DNA of 64,000 nucleotides from a virus (Duplodnaviria; Caudoviricetes). The DNA is taken from positions 4,174-68,173 of IMG/VR virus record IMGVR_UViG_3300037467_001298; one strand, written 5' to 3'. The position numbers were made by a program, and so were the translations under genes. The notes below the pieces were generated by a model that was given only the letters and a program-made list of their open reading frames with translations, was not told where the DNA came from and ran no database searches. Below, one piece after another: positions 60,907-64,000 of the stretch; the first letter of the stretch is position 1, and each line of letters starts with the position of its first letter.

Positions 60907-62325
60907 CTATGACTTATTATTAGAAGCGCTCGGCTTCGACTGGCCTTTCGCCTTATCATTATTTTGAGGTTTTTGTTGCGGAGCATTTTTAGCAGGTAGT
61001 GGTTTCATATTTGGACCAGAACCTTGTTGGTTCATATTTACAGGACCTTCATCAAGATCTGCACTACCTTGCATATTAGGAACAAACATATCATGAGTTT
61101 TAGGATTATAAAGTATATTACCTAACGACCACATAAAGTAATCATCATCTAACTTGTGCATATCAAATTTAGCACGAGTCTCATTTAATGATACGTATCC
61201 TGCTTTTAGTGCAATTCCTGCAGCCTCAGCACGTTCCTTCTCAGTAGTACGAAGAATTTCAGTTGTATCAAATCTGAAATAATATCCTTCTTCTTTTTCT
61301 GTTTCCAATAAAAGTGATTTATCTAATGCTGATTCAATCGCCGCAATTATTGGTGAAAGAGTATATTGAAGGAAGTATAAGTTATTTTGTTCGTTAGAAG
61401 CATATTTATTAGCATCTGCATTAATCATACTTTCAGGTATATTAAATAAACGAGCAATTTCAGAGATTGTTACTTTTCTTCCATCTACCAATTGCATATC
61501 ATTTGGTTTAATTGAAATAGGTTTATATTCTAAACCTTCTTCTAATATAACTGTTTTACCACTGTTTTTTGAACCACTGTATAGTGATTCCCAACCAGCT
61601 CGTAATCTAGTAATCGCTTTTTCAGATAAACGATTAACTGTTTCAATTACACCAATTGGCAACGCTCCATTTTTAAGAATGTTTGAAGTGTATTCAATTT
61701 CATTAAGAGCAAGACCTAAAATATCTGTACCTGATTGTAATACTCCTTCAGATGATACACCATCTTCAGAGTCCTTAAGAACCATCATTAGCTCAATAGG
61801 TTTAAATATTCGTTGTTTTTGTTTACCATTATTTCCATAAGTTGTTAAAACAATATCAGCATCCCATTTATAACCATCTTGGAGATATCTTGTTACTTGA
61901 ACATATTTCATGTCTAAAGGGTTGAGTTCAATAACATTATTCCTTGCAGTTTCCTTTTTAATATAACTTACACCATAGAATAAATAATCTTTTGCTATTC
62001 TTTTCTTTAAGTTATATCCATTCAATAATGTATTAGGTTCATTATTTAAAAGGTATATCCGCCTGTCATTAGGAACTCTTTCAACTTCACCTTTATCATT
62101 TTCTTTATAAAGGTATACAGGAAGTTGTGCTATAGAACCTGTTATTAGTTCAACACAAGCAACTACTGATGGTATTTTTAAAGCCTGGTCTTCAGAAACG
62201 GGGGTTGCAACATTAAACGTTGAGAATATAGCACCATTGTGATAAGTTCCACCGTAGTTAACTATTCCACGTTCTTCAACATCAGTATCTTTTAGTTTTT
62301 TACGCCAACCATCAAATAATCCCAC
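60907..62325 (-). CDS. portal protein, HK97 family
   Basis: ALKIPSVVACV, IAQLP, LLNNEPN, EIARLFNIP, NETRA; GTG start. Confidence 0.95.
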   Translation of the reverse strand: MGLFDGWRKKLKDTDVEERGIVNYGGTYHNGAIFSTFNVATPVSEDQALKIPSVVACVELITGSIAQLPVYLYKENDKGEVERVPNDRRIYLLNNEPNTLLNGYNLKKRIAKDYLFYGVSYIKKETARNNVIELNPLDMKYVQVTRYLQDGYKWDADIVLTTYGNNGKQKQRIFKPIELMMVLKDSEDGVSSEGVLQSGTDILGLALNEIEYTSNILKNGALPIGVIETVNRLSEKAITRLRAGWESLYSGSKNSGKTVILEEGLEYKPISIKPNDMQLVDGRKVTISEIARLFNIPESMINADANKYASNEQNNLYFLQYTLSPIIAAIESALDKSLLLETEKEEGYYFRFDTTEILRTTEKERAEAAGIALKAGYVSLNETRAKFDMHKLDDDYFMWSLGNILYNPKTHDMFVPNMQGSADLDEGPVNMNQQGSGPNMKPLPAKNAPQQKPQNNDKAKGQSKPSASNNKS

Positions 62326-62339
62326 GTACTTCCTCCTTC

Positions 62340-64000
62340 CTATAAAAAGATGAATCCTAAATCACGGTCTTCATCATCTTCATGGTCATATACACTAAGT
62401 CCGTCTTGGATTTCTTGATTCCAAAGAACCATAGCGTTTATTGTAGCAGCGACCATATCGATTTTACCTACAGATTTTTTCTTGTTGATATAACTGTTTA
62501 ACATGTTATCATGTACTTCACGAGCATTACTAAAGTTGATTTCATAAAGACGATTGTTCTCATACTCGAACTGTTCCTTTAATACAACCTCTTTTAATAG
62601 TTTAGTCGCTGGATGAAGGACACTTGAGTGTTGCTTAATTTCGACAACCTCGAGTCCTTCCTCATACCATCTATTAACAGAAGATATAGCATTATATTTA
62701 TCATAGCCAATTCCTTTAATATTTACGCCATATTCTTTAGATAATGATAAAACAAAGTCCTCAACAAACTTGTATGATATTATTCTATCACCACAAGGAT
62801 AACAAAAACCTTCTCTAGTGAAGAGCCAATAGTCAACTTTCTCAAGTTTTGACTTGTTTTCAACGTTATCTTGAGGTAAAAACGCCCATGACTTGGCATA
62901 AAATTTTTGTTTTATTGAATCATAATGAACCATTGTAACTGCTGTGTTATCAGTAGATATTGATAAGTCAACACCAATAAATACATCTTTACCATGCCAA
63001 TCAAATGGTTCTGTACGACGGCACTTTATTAAGTCATCAGTAGAAATATATACTTCTGAATCATCACCGTCTACGAAGATATTCATATGCTTTGTTAAAA
63101 AGTTTTTACGCGAGCTTGGCATTTCAATTGCCGTCTTACGTTGTTTAACTAAGTAATCAAAGTTTTCTTTAATATCAACAATTAGTGGATTTGCTTCAAT
63201 CAGAGATTTATCGCTCATCCAATCTTTTGGGTCATCAGGTTTATATAATAGAGCGAAAGTAGTTTCATCATCTATTAAACCATCAAGTACTTTTTCACAA
63301 TACTCGATTTCTTCTGTCATTGGATTATTCAGGGATTCATACGCTGTACTTATAAGTATTCCTGTACGGTTAATCATATTCATCTGTGAAGACTGCATGG
63401 CATCAATTGGATAACGAGATCTTAATGCACCAACTTCGTCAGCCACAAATACGTTAGCTTTACGACCATCCATACGGTTTTCAGAAGTTGCAAGAGGAAT
63501 AAATTTAGATTTAGTAACCTTACAACGTGTCTCTGCACGAGTTGTTTCAAAATACTTCAATAGATAAGGAGAAGACTGAATCATTTGTTCAAGTTCCTTC
63601 TTAACGATTGAAGATAATTCACGGTCAGGAGCTACAGAATAAAATTCCGAGAACTGTGGTTCAATTAATAATAGGATAATAAAAATTAAACCTACTAAGA
63701 ATGATTTACCAGATTTACGGGCAATCAATAATACTGAACGTTCGTATCTACGCTTCTCATGTCTATCTTTATGTTTCCAACACAAAGCATTTAATATGAA
63801 ATACCACTGAAATCCTGCCAAAGCGTCATGAGTTGGTTTACCAACTGCTGGGCCTGATGCCATATTAATGAGTTTAGTTAGATTTGTAATCTTTTCGACT
63901 TCATCCAAGTCGAGGAAATATTTAAAATCCTCTTCATCTTGTCGGTCAATATCATCAATAAACTTTTTACATTCTTTTTTGATATACTTACCAGCTATGA
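62340..64000 (-). CDS. terL: terminase large subunit (5' end truncated by the window edge)
   Basis: Walker A IARKSGKS, Walker B FVADE, LISTA, nuclease GVDLS and KIDMVAA; frame stays open to the window edge beyond the ORF-track start at 63908. Confidence 0.95.
   Translation of the reverse strand, partial: IAGKYIKKECKKFIDDIDRQDEEDFKYFLDLDEVEKITNLTKLINMASGPAVGKPTHDALAGFQWYFILNALCWKHKDRHEKRRYERSVLLIARKSGKSFLVGLIFIILLLIEPQFSEFYSVAPDRELSSIVKKELEQMIQSSPYLLKYFETTRAETRCKVTKSKFIPLATSENRMDGRKANVFVADEVGALRSRYPIDAMQSSQMNMINRTGILISTAYESLNNPMTEEIEYCEKVLDGLIDDETTFALLYKPDDPKDWMSDKSLIEANPLIVDIKENFDYLVKQRKTAIEMPSSRKNFLTKHMNIFVDGDDSEVYISTDDLIKCRRTEPFDWHGKDVFIGVDLSISTDNTAVTMVHYDSIKQKFYAKSWAFLPQDNVENKSKLEKVDYWLFTREGFCYPCGDRIISYKFVEDFVLSLSKEYGVNIKGIGYDKYNAISSVNRWYEEGLEVVEIKQHSSVLHPATKLLKEVVLKEQFEYENNRLYEINFSNAREVHDNMLNSYINKKKSVGKIDMVAATINAMVLWNQEIQDGLSVYDHEDDEDRDLGFIFL

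Noticed and set aside
1470-63156. Numerous antisense or nested ORFs in the six-frame track (e.g. 1470-1793, 11805-12110, 14973-15590, 43937-44254, 59459-59755, 60150-60494)
   Set aside because: They overlap well-supported genes, lack RBSs or recognisable motifs, and look like shadow ORFs.
1-64000. Alternative genetic code (stop-codon reassignment)
   Set aside because: Conserved genes are full-length under code 11 and end in TAA, TAG or TGA; the single clear tRNA is Pro(UGG), not a suppressor.

Overview
This 64 kb window is part of a large, AT-rich tailed phage genome. The host is an endospore-forming Bacillota, inferred from a phage-borne SASP, a phage sigma factor and a PBSX/Xkd-type contractile tail. 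Two arms converge at about 35.6 kb. The + arm (1-35.5 kb) carries replication genes (primase end, RecJ, GyrB/GyrA-type topoisomerase II, DnaE, ATP-dependent ligase), nucleotide metabolism genes and many small early genes with TTTACA-N17-TATAAT promoters. The - arm (35.6-64 kb) carries terminase, portal, protease, HK97-type capsid, one tRNA and a tRNA-like element, neck, tape measure, sheath, tube, baseplate, fibre, lysis genes, a tyrosine recombinase and an HNH protein. The most notable content is an apparently complete, T4-like but distinct cytosine hypermodification pathway. It includes a thymidylate-synthase homolog with the dCMP-specifying Asp (RSNDLHKGSIYD), an adjacent dNMP kinase, an all-alpha dCTPase-like enzyme, a kinase/HAD phosphatase/nucleotidyltransferase operon for making an NDP-sugar, two T4 beta-glucosyltransferase-like proteins, and a C5-methyltransferase homolog with a degenerate SAM-binding motif. 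All calls come from reading motifs by eye; no database searches were run.
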